The translations under genes and the position numbers were made by a program. Of a stretch of 64,000 nucleotides of DNA, positions 38,403 to 48,440 are shown in pieces. The number at the start of each line of letters is the position of its first letter. Position 1 is the first letter of the stretch. The stretch comes from Candidatus Yanofskybacteria bacterium RIFCSPHIGHO2_01_FULL_44_24 (GTDB taxonomy: Bacteria > Patescibacteriota > Minisyncoccia > 2-02-FULL-40-12 > GWA2-44-9). Below the pieces are notes generated by a model that was not told the DNA's origin, did no database searches, and worked only from the letters and a program-made list of their open reading frames with translations. The DNA is taken from assembly GCA_001794215.1 (NCBI GenBank), contig MGJK01000015.1:23684-87683 (forward strand), given 5' to 3'.

Positions 38403-39797
38403 CTATTTTATCGAAGCGGTTTTTTTTAACTTTTTGATACCCTGATCGATAGCTTTTTTAACCCCTCCCATTGTTGTACTTCTTATATTCTCTACCTGCC
38501 ACGGATCTACGTTCCGATCCTCCTTCAGAACGTTCTCAATTAACTTGCTGTTAAAATTAACTTCGCCTAATTTTAACTCCACGACCATGAAAACAATGAA
38601 ATTTTTAACTAACGTACCGTAGTCGGGGACGGGATCCTTCTCAATCTTATCGAAATAGGCCACTATCTTGTCGCTATTCACATTCAACTTTTCCAAGGCT
38701 TGCCTTAATTCAACCTTAAAATCATCATAGCTGATCAGTCCATGGTACCATTTTGAAAAAATACTGTCATCGGGTTTGTGGTTTTCCAGTATAGCGCTGA
38801 CGATCGAAGCTATGACTACCCTGCCGTCGTACTCTGAATAGCCGACATAGGGTTTTAATTCCATTTTGGGATATTTCTGATGCAGCATCTGAACGCTTGC
38901 TAAGGTCGTTTCCTGTGCCGAACCCTCCCTGAATATCTGCATCAGATGAGTCCTTCTTCCTTCTATAGCGGCCCTGCTCACGAAACTGCCAGGCTGAAGA
39001 GTGTGGTTCAATTCGTGGATAAAAGCATCTACGAAAGCGTTCATCTCCGTATCCGTCTTACCGCTGAAAGATCGCGGATTAAAGAACATGGCGGGCTGCC
39101 ATTTATCGGGCAGGGGAACTTGTTCATTGGTTGCGTTTATAAGCTCGATGTCTAACTCGCGCGCGTAAGCGCTGCTCGGCGAAATGCTGTGATTTTCAAA
39201 CACCACCGACGGAAAATCGAGATGCTGAATCAAGTCCTCTCTAACCGCTCTTGAGTCATGGACCATCAGGGGACCTAATATTAAGGATCTCATATTATCC
39301 CTGAGCATGGCAATATACCGGCGAAATTGATCCGAGTCCTTCCTTATCGCATCCAAAATCGCGTGGTCAAGATCAATGTGCTTATCGGCGTATTCCTTGG
39401 GCCGTACTTTAAAAACCTGGAGTTCCTCTTCTTTATCCTTGGCCGGGTTTGCAATAAGTATATCGTCTGACAATTCATCCAACTCCTTGTTTACTTTGTT
39501 TTCGAAAGATCCAAGCCAAATAATAAATTCGGGCTCCTCTCTTTTTAACCTTTCCTCGAAAGCTTTTAGTTTCTCTTCCGTCAGCCCGTTTTCGACTACG
39601 AACTGAGGGGCAGAATTTTCTCGTTGAGAAATTTTTAGCTGGTTTGCATAGCTCTCTCTCGTCGTACCCGGACCAAAAGTAAGAAAACCGGCCAAGGCCA
39701 TAGTCATTAGTTTTGAAGAAATTTTGCGACCAAACCTCTCCCACAAGCCTTTTTCGTCGGGAGCTTCCGCTGATCCAATTTTTTCCGGAGTTTTCAT
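38403..39797 (-). CDS. Hypothetical zincin-like protein (HExxH)
   Basis: FIHELNH with a downstream REG. Confidence 0.6.
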   Translation of the reverse strand: MKTPEKIGSAEAPDEKGLWERFGRKISSKLMTMALAGFLTFGPGTTRESYANQLKISQRENSAPQFVVENGLTEEKLKAFEERLKREEPEFIIWLGSFENKVNKELDELSDDILIANPAKDKEEELQVFKVRPKEYADKHIDLDHAILDAIRKDSDQFRRYIAMLRDNMRSLILGPLMVHDSRAVREDLIQHLDFPSVVFENHSISPSSAYARELDIELINATNEQVPLPDKWQPAMFFNPRSFSGKTDTEMNAFVDAFIHELNHTLQPGSFVSRAAIEGRRTHLMQIFREGSAQETTLASVQMLHQKYPKMELKPYVGYSEYDGRVVIASIVSAILENHKPDDSIFSKWYHGLISYDDFKVELRQALEKLNVNSDKIVAYFDKIEKDPVPDYGTLVKNFIVFMVVELKLGEVNFNSKLIENVLKEDRNVDPWQVENIRSTTMGGVKKAIDQGIKKLKKTASIK

Positions 39798-39805
39798 AAC
39801 ACCGC

Positions 39806-41260
39806 TTATTCTTTCGGCCTCATTAACGGGAAAAATACCGTTTCCCTTACCGGCTTATCCATTAAGAAAGCAAAAAATCTTTCTGACATTCCGAATCCCG
39901 CCGTCGGCGGCATTCCGTATTCTAAAGCCTCAACGTAATCCTCATCCAACCTCTGAGCTTCTCTGTCTCCTTTCTCCCTGAGCTTAGTCTGCTCGTTGAA
40001 TCGGTCTAATTGATCTTGGGGATCATTCAGTTCGGAGAAACCCTTGCCCAATTCCGTACCTCCGGCTACAACCTGAAAACGCTCTACGCGGTTAGAATCT
40101 TTCGGCCATCGCTTAGCTAAGGGCTCTATATCTACGGGAGGCAAAATAAGAAATCCGGGATTTATTAAATGAGGCCGGATCTTCTTTTTAAAAATAACGT
40201 CTATCAATCGGCCTCGGCCGATATGCTTTACGGTATCAATCTCCTCTTTTTTGGCATAATCTTTCAGCTGGGATTCCTTGGCCTCGGCCAAATCTATTCC
40301 CGTATGTTTCTGAAAGGCTTCATAGTAATCGACTCTCTCCCACTTCTGCGACCAGTCTACCTCTTTGCCCTGATAATTATGCTTAAAGCTTCCGAGGGTT
40401 TCGTTGACTATGTGCTTAAATAGTTTCTCGATAACCGGCATCAGCTTCTCATAATCAGTGTAAGCCCAATACATTTCCATCTGGGTATAATCCTGAAGGT
40501 GCTCTTTATCTATACCTTCATTTCTGAAAATTCTTCCGATCTCAAAAACCTTATCATAACCTCCTACGATTAACCGCTTCAGATTCAGCTCTAAAGAGAT
40601 GCGCAGATACAAATCGATATTAAGGGCATTAAGATGCGTGGCAAACGGTTCGGCGTCCGCTCCGCCCGGTATCCTTTCCAGCACCGGCGTCTCAACTTCA
40701 AGTCCTCCCTCTTTGAGAAGAAAATTCCTAACCGCCTGCCAAAATTGGGATTTTTTAACAAAAAGTTCCCGCTCTCCCGGATTCATTATCAAATCAAGAT
40801 ATCTTTTACGCAATCTCTCTTCGACATCCTGAAGCCCATGCCATTTTTCGGGCAAAGGCAGAAGGGCTTTTGCAAGGAGAACAAGGCTATCGGCATACAA
40901 AGTCTTTTCCATCTTCTTCGTATCTCTTAACTGTCCCTTGATTTCGATAAAATCACCGATATCGATAGCATCTTCAAATTCTTTATATTTTTCTTTACCG
41001 ATGCCATCTTGTTTTATATAAACCTGAATTTTGCCCGAGCCGTCGTTCAAATCAAGAAAAGTAGAGCCCCCATGCTCTCTTTTAGCCAGAATCCTCCCGG
41101 CTAAGACTATGACCTTATTCTCTTTCCACTCTTCATAATTCTTGAGCGCATCGGCAACGGAGAACTCACGGTTAGAGTCGGCCGGATACGGATCAACGCT
41201 GGATTTACGTAATTCCTTGATTTTGTCTATTTTTGCTTTTCGTATTTCTTCTATGGCCAT
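39806..41260 (-). CDS. lysS: Lysine--tRNA ligase (class II)
   Basis: LPEKWHGL, YLRIS, FRNEG, YGMPPTAG. Confidence 0.96.
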   Translation of the reverse strand: MAIEEIRKAKIDKIKELRKSSVDPYPADSNREFSVADALKNYEEWKENKVIVLAGRILAKREHGGSTFLDLNDGSGKIQVYIKQDGIGKEKYKEFEDAIDIGDFIEIKGQLRDTKKMEKTLYADSLVLLAKALLPLPEKWHGLQDVEERLRKRYLDLIMNPGERELFVKKSQFWQAVRNFLLKEGGLEVETPVLERIPGGADAEPFATHLNALNIDLYLRISLELNLKRLIVGGYDKVFEIGRIFRNEGIDKEHLQDYTQMEMYWAYTDYEKLMPVIEKLFKHIVNETLGSFKHNYQGKEVDWSQKWERVDYYEAFQKHTGIDLAEAKESQLKDYAKKEEIDTVKHIGRGRLIDVIFKKKIRPHLINPGFLILPPVDIEPLAKRWPKDSNRVERFQVVAGGTELGKGFSELNDPQDQLDRFNEQTKLREKGDREAQRLDEDYVEALEYGMPPTAGFGMSERFFAFLMDKPVRETVFFPLMRPKE

Positions 41261-41320
41261 AATGCTTTAATGATACCAAAAACAGCTAAAAAAGCCATGA
41301 AATAGGCTTGTTGGAGTGTC

Positions 41321-41350
41321 TTGACAAATAGGTATAATGTATGCTATAAT
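41321..41350 (+). promoter_or_regulatory. Sigma70 promoter
   Basis: TTGACA-18-TATAAT with TGC extension. Confidence 0.6.
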
Positions 41351-41396
41351 GTTAAGGTAGGGTAGACATTGGGCCCCAGGGCCCGGGAGAAGAACG

Positions 41397-41729
41397 ATGA
41401 ACCTTCGCAACAAGCTCGTAGTCGATCTTTCGTCGGCCGGATCGCCCAAGCTCGCCCGTCTGGAATACCCGAATGGCTGGGTCGGCGTTGAGACGATTCC
41501 GCAGGACATCCTCAAGGACTTTCGTCCGGCCGAGGCCGAGGCAGCCTACCGGGACGACTCTCGTCGAACCGACGAGAACCTCCGCTACGTCCAGTTCGGA
41601 CAGGCCTTCAAAGCCCCGAACGAACGCGGACAGGTGATCACCAAGACGGACAAGCGCGACGGGATGTGGATCCCGGCGTGGCTCCTGAAGGCCGCCGAGG
41701 AAGACAAGGCGGCTAAGAAGGCCGTCTAA
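41397..41729 (+). CDS. GC-rich orphan protein
   Basis: GGGAG RBS; C/G-ending codons; own promoter; hairpin ccggtcccgctt/aagcgggaccgg downstream. Confidence 0.7.
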   Translation: MNLRNKLVVDLSSAGSPKLARLEYPNGWVGVETIPQDILKDFRPAEAEAAYRDDSRRTDENLRYVQFGQAFKAPNERGQVITKTDKRDGMWIPAWLLKAAEEDKAAKKAV

Positions 41730-41826
41730 CACGCACCGCAACTACCCGGTCCCGCTTCTTAACCGAAGCGGGACCGGCGAAAGCGGTGTCTTTTTGTTTA
41801 AACATCGAACGGAGCCTTAACCCGCA

Positions 41827-41932
41827 ATGAAGGGATTTACGGAAAATCATAACGAAGCCTTGGCTTATGAGAGGATTTGCGGAAGCTGACCAAGCTCAGA
41901 GCGAGGGTTTAGCCGATGAAGGGATTTACGGA
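41827..41932 (+). repeat. Three 17-bp direct repeats ATGA(AG/GA)GGATTT(A/G)CGGA
   Basis: Copies at 41827, 41867 and 41916. Confidence 0.7.
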
Positions 41933-42046
41933 GCTCGACCGGAACGAGTAAAAGATGAAATTTCAGCAGAAATTTACATCGTGCCCTTCATTGGCTAAAC
42001 CCGAGTAAAAGTTTATGGCGTGCCCCGAACGGGTTAGGGCGGAGCG

Positions 42047-42505
42047 CTATTTCACCTCTATAATCTTATACTCCGCCGTTCCCTTGGGCGTGAGAACTTT
42101 TACCGTATCTCCTTTTTTGTGGCCGAGAAAAGCGCTTCCAAGCGGAGATTCGTTTGAGATAAAGCCTTTCAGCGGATCCGACTCTGCGGCGCCGACAATG
42201 ACAAAATGCTGAGTTCCGTTTTTTGATTCAACAGTAACGCTCGAACCGACTTCAACCATTCCCTTGCCGGTACTGCCGGTGAATATCTTCGCATTTTCTA
42301 AGGTTTCTTTGATCTCTTCGATCCGGCCCTCGTTGACGGCCTGCGCTTCCTTAGCGCTGTCGAAAGCGGCATTTTCGGATATATCTCCCTCCTCTTTGGC
42401 CTCCTTGAGGCGCCGGGCAATATCCGGTCTTAAAACATTGAGCCTTTCCTCCAGCTCATTTTTTAATTTTTCCAAACCCTCTTTACTGAAATATTGGTTG
42501 TCCAC
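42047..42505 (-). CDS. greA: Transcription elongation factor GreA
   Basis: GDISENA; ISNESPLG. Confidence 0.95.
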   Translation of the reverse strand: MDNQYFSKEGLEKLKNELEERLNVLRPDIARRLKEAKEEGDISENAAFDSAKEAQAVNEGRIEEIKETLENAKIFTGSTGKGMVEVGSSVTVESKNGTQHFVIVGAAESDPLKGFISNESPLGSAFLGHKKGDTVKVLTPKGTAEYKIIEVK

Positions 42506-42643
42506 TATTTAAGTGTAAAGCGTCAAGCGTGAAGCGTAGAATTATATTATTATACCGCCCCTACTCTCGCTCTATAATAATTAAAAGTTAACACATCTTA
42601 CCATGATCGTATCGTACCGACAAGTTAGCTCGCATATCAACCG

Positions 42644-44560
42644 TTAATTATCCTGCGTTTTTACCTTTTCATTTTGCATCCTTTCAAAATACCATTTTAA
42701 TACATTGTTAGCCACCCGAACAGCCAAGCCTTGATTGGAGGCGGACCCCTCGATTAAAACGGTTATTGCTATCTCCGGATTCTCAAGCGGTGCAAACGAA
42801 ACAAACAAGGAATTTATTGATCGACCCTTTACCACTTCGGCCGTTCCGGTTTTGGCGGCGGCTTTAACAGGTAAGCCGTTTAAAAGCTGGGCCGTTCCCG
42901 ATACGACCGCTTCTCTCATATCGTTTTTTATTTCATCTATAAATTCGCTTCTAAAAGGCAGTCTGCCTAATATCTGGATATTCATCGTTTCCAAAACATT
43001 TTTATTTTCATCTATAATTTTATCGACTATTCTCGGCTGATAGAAAGTCCCGCCGTTTGCAATCGCTGAGGTGTAGCTATTCAGCCACAACGGCGTAATC
43101 AGCAAATCTCCCTGGCCTATCGATACATTATAGGTATCGCCTAAATACCAGTTTTCTCCCCTATTGCTTAGCTTCCAGTCTGGCGTCGGTACGAATCCGG
43201 CTTCTTCGCCGGGCAAATCAATACCCAAAACTGAGTCAGCGAAAGCCTTCCCGAGATAACCGGCTATTTTCTCAATGCCCAGACCCTTGATTTTGCCTAA
43301 CCCTCCGCCGACGGCGAAGAAATAGATATTACAGGAGTTAGCTATCGCCTTTTTTAGATTAAACGGCCCATATTCAACCCGCCAGTTACTAAAAGTGCGG
43401 GACAACTCCGGGTTGTAGGGATTTGGGACGGTCAGACTGATGCAATCCTGAATAGTATCTTTTGACGTCACCGTACCTTCTTCTAAGGCCGCAAGCCCCA
43501 TGAACGGCTTTATGGTCGACCCGGGGTTGTAAAGACCGCTTATAATTCTATTGAAAAGAGGCTTGGATGGATTTTCGAATAATCTTTTATAATCGTTGAC
43601 CGAGAGATCGTCATTAAACAGATTGTTGTCAAAACTCGGAAAACTCACTAACCCCAGCACCGCGCCGGTATTGGGATTTTGAATTACCGCCGCCGCCCTC
43701 GACAAATTCGTCTGTCTAAGAACTTCAAAGACCTCATCGTATAACTTTTTCTGAAGGCTGAAATCTATGGTGGTGATCAGGCTATTGCCTACATTCGGTT
43801 CATTGGCGGTGTTGTTGCCCGAGTCATCTTTTATAAAAAAGATATTCCCGTGTTCGCCCCTGAGATACTTCTCATACTGAGCCTCCAAACCGAGGCGTCC
43901 GATCGTATCCGTCGGGAAATAATAATCGTCCCAAAAATCATTTTTACTGACCTGGCCGGTATATCCCACGATCTGGGAAAATTTGTGGCCGTCGACATAC
44001 TGCCTTTTGGTGTTTGAGATGATATAAAATCCTCCCGGATTAAGATATTTTATGGCTAAAGCCTGATCCTTCTCTAAGCCCTTGGCGGCAAAAAACATCG
44101 ATTCTTTTTTAGAACTTTCTGCTATCAAAGCCGCCAAAGAATCTCCGGGCAAGTTCAGGATCTGGGCGACCTTTGAAATGGTTTCGCCGGTATCGTCGGC
44201 ATCCCCTTTCAATTCGCGAGAAACAACTAAAAGATCAAAGCTGGGTACATTTTTTGTCAGCGCCGCTCCGAAATGATCAAAAATAATACCTCTGGGAGGC
44301 GGGATGGCAAAATTAACGGACCGGTTTTTGAGGGCTAAATCCGAGAAATACTTGCCGTCGATAACTCCGATTTTAAAAACAAAAATAAAAACCGCTCCGA
44401 TCAACAAGGCAAAGCCGATAAATGATACCCTGAACACAGAGTCCTGGATGGGTCTTTCCATATCCGCATAGCCGCTGCCCGAGTCCATCAATGTTTCTTC
44501 GGGACCGGACAATTCTTCTTCGTCTACGGATATCCTGTATGTCTTCTTCAATTTAAGCAT
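42644..44560 (-). CDS. mrdA: Penicillin-binding protein 2
   Basis: PGSTIK (SxxK), SCN, KTGTAE; follows mreD. Confidence 0.9.
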   Translation of the reverse strand: MLKLKKTYRISVDEEELSGPEETLMDSGSGYADMERPIQDSVFRVSFIGFALLIGAVFIFVFKIGVIDGKYFSDLALKNRSVNFAIPPPRGIIFDHFGAALTKNVPSFDLLVVSRELKGDADDTGETISKVAQILNLPGDSLAALIAESSKKESMFFAAKGLEKDQALAIKYLNPGGFYIISNTKRQYVDGHKFSQIVGYTGQVSKNDFWDDYYFPTDTIGRLGLEAQYEKYLRGEHGNIFFIKDDSGNNTANEPNVGNSLITTIDFSLQKKLYDEVFEVLRQTNLSRAAAVIQNPNTGAVLGLVSFPSFDNNLFNDDLSVNDYKRLFENPSKPLFNRIISGLYNPGSTIKPFMGLAALEEGTVTSKDTIQDCISLTVPNPYNPELSRTFSNWRVEYGPFNLKKAIANSCNIYFFAVGGGLGKIKGLGIEKIAGYLGKAFADSVLGIDLPGEEAGFVPTPDWKLSNRGENWYLGDTYNVSIGQGDLLITPLWLNSYTSAIANGGTFYQPRIVDKIIDENKNVLETMNIQILGRLPFRSEFIDEIKNDMREAVVSGTAQLLNGLPVKAAAKTGTAEVVKGRSINSLFVSFAPLENPEIAITVLIEGSASNQGLAVRVANNVLKWYFERMQNEKVKTQDN

Positions 44561-45080
44561 ATATTCCGTACTTGGGTTTCGATCTTGTATATTTAAGAAG
44601 ACCGACAACGATAAACGTCTGGATCAGCACAATTATCAGTATCTTATAATTATAAAAATGAAGGCTCCGGGCGTACTCAAGCCCCTCGCCGTGAATAAAT
44701 CTTGCCGCCATAAAAGACAAAGTCTGAAAAATATAAACGAGCCCCGCTACAAGCAAAGTCTCGGGAACTAATCTAAGAATGCCGTCCTGAAAGCGGTATT
44801 GAGCCGATTTTAAACTCAAAAACTTATCCATGCCGAAATATATCAGGGCAACTCCCAAAAATGGCAGTATCAGCGTACCGGTATTAAAACCGCCGATTAA
44901 TTCAGCCGCACCGGAAAATAAAAACCCGGCCAGGAGCATGGAATTATAATCGGCCGTTACGGCAATGGCAACCAGAAGCACGGGAACAATGAGAGTTTCT
45001 TTTGTTCCCGAGAGAGGAAAAAAAACAAAATAATCTGTCAGCAGAGCAAATAAAAATAACAAAATCAGTTTGTAGTTCAT
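44553..45080 (-). CDS. mreD: Rod shape-determining protein MreD-like
   Basis: Multi-TM protein between mreC and mrdA. Confidence 0.6.
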   Translation of the reverse strand: MNYKLILLFLFALLTDYFVFFPLSGTKETLIVPVLLVAIAVTADYNSMLLAGFLFSGAAELIGGFNTGTLILPFLGVALIYFGMDKFLSLKSAQYRFQDGILRLVPETLLVAGLVYIFQTLSFMAARFIHGEGLEYARSLHFYNYKILIIVLIQTFIVVGLLKYTRSKPKYGIYA

Positions 45081-45874
45081 CGAGATGATTTTATAACAAG
45101 TACTCGGCCCAAGTTAATACCGTCTATGGCCGGTTTCAGTTTAACCTTCTTGAATAAACTGACCGGATCAGCTTCAACATAATTAACCGTACCCAAAATC
45201 AGGGCCGGAGGCACAAGATCGCTTCCGTTGGTTACGATAACATCTCCTTCCTTAATATCGTCATCATGGTTTACAAAATCGAGGTAAATACCCTCAGATA
45301 ATCCTCCTCGAGCCATAGCTGATATATCGGATCCCAAGACTTTTACCGTTACTTTGAAATCCGGATTAGTAACTAAGCCTACTTCGGAGTAAGTCTTAAA
45401 AATTTTGCCTATCTGGCCGATAAATACTCCCGTTTCAGAAATTACAATATCTCCGGTTGAAACGTTTTCGGCTGAACCTCTATTCAATAGCATCCTATAG
45501 CCCTGTTGAGAAAAATTGGACCCAAAAACGCCTCCCTCGATAACGATAAACTCCGAGGTAAGGCCCAACCCCAAGGCCTTTTTTAGGAATTCGTTCTCTT
45601 CCCTGAAATCTTCGTGCCGAGCCAATTGATAGGTCAACTCGGTATTTTGATTTTTTAGTTCAATATTGTGGCTGATTAAATTTTTAAAATAAACCAGTTC
45701 CGAAAAAAATAATCTGACATCCGAGAGTTCGGCAACGGCAAAATTAGCCGGCCGCTTAACTGTTCCCATAATCAAGCTGCCGATCATGCCCTTGGTAAAA
45801 TAGAAATTAAAAAAAACGAGCAGCACAGCCGCCGCCATCATTCCTAAGATTAGCTTGAGGGGAGATCGGGACAA
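45077..45874 (-). CDS. mreC: Rod shape-determining protein MreC
   Basis: TM, coiled coil (EENEFLK), LNRGS, GDVIVT. Confidence 0.88.
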   Translation of the reverse strand: MSRSPLKLILGMMAAAVLLVFFNFYFTKGMIGSLIMGTVKRPANFAVAELSDVRLFFSELVYFKNLISHNIELKNQNTELTYQLARHEDFREENEFLKKALGLGLTSEFIVIEGGVFGSNFSQQGYRMLLNRGSAENVSTGDIVISETGVFIGQIGKIFKTYSEVGLVTNPDFKVTVKVLGSDISAMARGGLSEGIYLDFVNHDDDIKEGDVIVTNGSDLVPPALILGTVNYVEADPVSLFKKVKLKPAIDGINLGRVLVIKSSR

Positions 45875-45941
45875 GTCCTAATTGATTTAATTAATCTAAT
45901 TGATCTAATTAGACTAAAATTTTAGGTTAATTATAAATTTC

Positions 45942-46991
45942 CTAAAGGTATCCTTCTCTGTTAGTCGAAACAAGTACAGACTTCAGCTGATCGACATTTT
46001 CCAAAACAAGCCCGCAGCCCCGCGCTACGGCCGTAAGAGGATCCTCGACGATTTTTACAAAAAGTTTCGTCTCCCGAGCTATGGCCTTATCGATTCCTTT
46101 CAAAAGCGCTCCTCCACCAGCTAAAAATATGTGCCTGTTTATCAGGTCGGCGGTCAGCTCAGGAGGAGTCTCCTCGATAGTATTTTTCACAGCCATGACA
46201 ATACTCCGAGTGGATCTGTGCAGAGCCTCTCTCAGTTCTTCTGAGCTGATAGTCAATTCCTTCGGCAAACCGGAAACTAAATCTCTACCTCTAACCCGGC
46301 CCTCCAATTCGTCTTCAAGTTCGTAAGCTGAACCGAGGTGCATCTTCAGCGTTTCAGCAGTGGCCTCGCCAATTAAAAGATTCTTTTCTTCTCTCATATA
46401 GCGTATCAGGTCTTCATTCAATTTATCGCCGGCGATCCTTAAAGACCGGGAAGCAATCATTCCGCCCATTGAGATAACAGCCACCTCGGTTGTGCCTCCG
46501 CCAATATCAACTATGACATTAGCCACCGCTTCCTGAACGGGCAGTCTGGCTCCTATGGCTGCCGCCATAGGCTCTTCAATCAGATAAACCTCGCGGGCTC
46601 CTGCGCTGTAAGTCGCATCTTCTACTGCCCGCTTCTCTACTTCTGTAACTCCTGAAGGTATTCCTATGACAACTCGCGGACGCGGAACCAAAGAATAGCT
46701 TTCCTGATGCACTTTATCGATAAAATACTTGAGCATCTGCTCGGTAACTTCAAAATCAGAAACTACGCCCGAAACCAGTGGACGAGAAACCATGATATGC
46801 CCGGGAGTGCGACCGACCATCGTTCGAGCCTCCGTCCCGATTGCAAGAATTTTGCCGGTTTTCTGGTTAACCGCGACAATAGATGGCTCGTTGATGACAA
46901 TCCCCTTTCCCCGAACATAAACCAAGGTATTGGCCGTACCTAAATCTATACCTATATCTTTTGACCAAAAACCGAATATTTTATTGAACAT
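45942..46991 (-). CDS. mreB: Rod shape-determining protein MreB
   Basis: GIDLGTANT, EEPMAAAIGA, DIGGGTTE, AGGGALL. Confidence 0.96.
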   Translation of the reverse strand: MFNKIFGFWSKDIGIDLGTANTLVYVRGKGIVINEPSIVAVNQKTGKILAIGTEARTMVGRTPGHIMVSRPLVSGVVSDFEVTEQMLKYFIDKVHQESYSLVPRPRVVIGIPSGVTEVEKRAVEDATYSAGAREVYLIEEPMAAAIGARLPVQEAVANVIVDIGGGTTEVAVISMGGMIASRSLRIAGDKLNEDLIRYMREEKNLLIGEATAETLKMHLGSAYELEDELEGRVRGRDLVSGLPKELTISSEELREALHRSTRSIVMAVKNTIEETPPELTADLINRHIFLAGGGALLKGIDKAIARETKLFVKIVEDPLTAVARGCGLVLENVDQLKSVLVSTNREGYL

Positions 46992-47192
46992 GAACGGGCA
47001 GCGAGGAGGATATTAAGTAAGACTCATAATTTGGTTATAGGATAGCAAAATCCTTATCAACAAGCAAAACACTGAAAACAAAAAAACCTCGCCTAAATTT
47101 GACACTACGTAATAACAATATGTCAAATTTAGACAGTTAGAACAGAGACTCCCCCGACGAAGATGATATACTTTATTCTTTAGAGCGAGGTT

Positions 47193-48440
47193 TCAAGGCA
47201 ATTGAGAAAGCAAATCCTTAAGAGACGCAAAAGCAACCTCTTTTTTATTCCTCATTTTAATTTCAACTTGGTCTTTCTCGAGAGTCCTCTTGCTTACGAC
47301 TAACCGGACAGGACAGCCTAATAAGTCCGCATCAGCAAACTTTTCCCCGGCTGTTTTATCTTGTCTGTCGTCATATAGCACATCGATCCCTTTTTTACTC
47401 AAGTCTTCGTAGATTTTATTTGCCACTTCTTGCTCCTTGCTTCTTGCTCCTTGCTCATCAAGCAAAACAAGATGCACCCTGTAGGGCGCGATCGTTTCCG
47501 GCCAGATAATCCCCCGCTCATCATTAGAAACCTCTACTGCGGTAGCCATTAACCGACCGGGGCCTATTCCGTAGGAAGCCATGATAACCGGCTTTTTGGC
47601 GCCGGCCTCATCGGTAAAATCGAGCCCGAGAGCAGAAGAAAACTTAGTACCTAACTTAAAGATATTGCCAACTTCTATAGATTTTTCTTCCGTGAAGCCG
47701 TGTCCGCATTTAGGGCACTTACTGCCCCCCTCAGCATGAATTTCTTTATTCTCGGCATAACCGCATTCAGAACAAACATAAATCAAATCTTCTCCGACAT
47801 CAGCCAAAACCTGGAACTCATCTGAATATTTTGAGAAAAGACCGCCTGAAGCCGAAGTTCTGAGGGCTTTAACGCCGACTCTTTTGAAAATTTTATCATA
47901 AGCAACGGCAACCTCTTCGTAATATCGGTCGAGATCCTCCTGATCAGCATGGAAACTGTAGAGATCCTTCATCAAAAACTCACGGCCCCTTAACAATCCC
48001 GACTTAGCCCTTTCTTCTCTTCGAAACTTAGTTTGTATCTGATAAACGGCCTTGGGTAAATCCTTATAAGAACTGATAAAATGCTGAGCCGCGGCCGTAA
48101 GCGGTTCTTCGTGAGTAAATCCAAGGCCCAATTCTTTACCCGAAGAATCTTTAAATTGATACATCACTTCTTTAGCTCCGTCCCAGCGCTCGGTGGCTGA
48201 CCATATATCTTTGTTTTGAAATACCGACATAAACAACTCCTGTCCGCCTACGGCATTCATTTCTTCGCGGATTATATTATTAATCTTATCCAAGACCCGC
48301 CATCCTAAAGGCATATATTCGTAAACTCCGGCCATTACTTTTGAAATAAACCCTCCCCTGATCAAAAATTGGGCATTCTTTGACGCCTCATCCGCCGGCG
48401 CCTCTCTTAATGTTTTTGTAAAAAGTTTTGATAGTCTCAT
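47193..48440 (-). CDS. proS: Proline--tRNA ligase (short form)
   Basis: THEE, GLLRGREFLMKDLYSF, IEVGNIFKLG, GEKFADADL. Confidence 0.95.
   Translation of the reverse strand: MRLSKLFTKTLREAPADEASKNAQFLIRGGFISKVMAGVYEYMPLGWRVLDKINNIIREEMNAVGGQELFMSVFQNKDIWSATERWDGAKEVMYQFKDSSGKELGLGFTHEEPLTAAAQHFISSYKDLPKAVYQIQTKFRREERAKSGLLRGREFLMKDLYSFHADQEDLDRYYEEVAVAYDKIFKRVGVKALRTSASGGLFSKYSDEFQVLADVGEDLIYVCSECGYAENKEIHAEGGSKCPKCGHGFTEEKSIEVGNIFKLGTKFSSALGLDFTDEAGAKKPVIMASYGIGPGRLMATAVEVSNDERGIIWPETIAPYRVHLVLLDEQGARSKEQEVANKIYEDLSKKGIDVLYDDRQDKTAGEKFADADLLGCPVRLVVSKRTLEKDQVEIKMRNKKEVAFASLKDLLSQLP

Noticed and set aside
41827-41932. Mini CRISPR array
   Set aside because: Repeats are only 17 bp with three degenerate copies, and there are no cas genes
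47093-47132. dif site
   Set aside because: Arm spacing does not fit the 11-6-11 XerCD geometry
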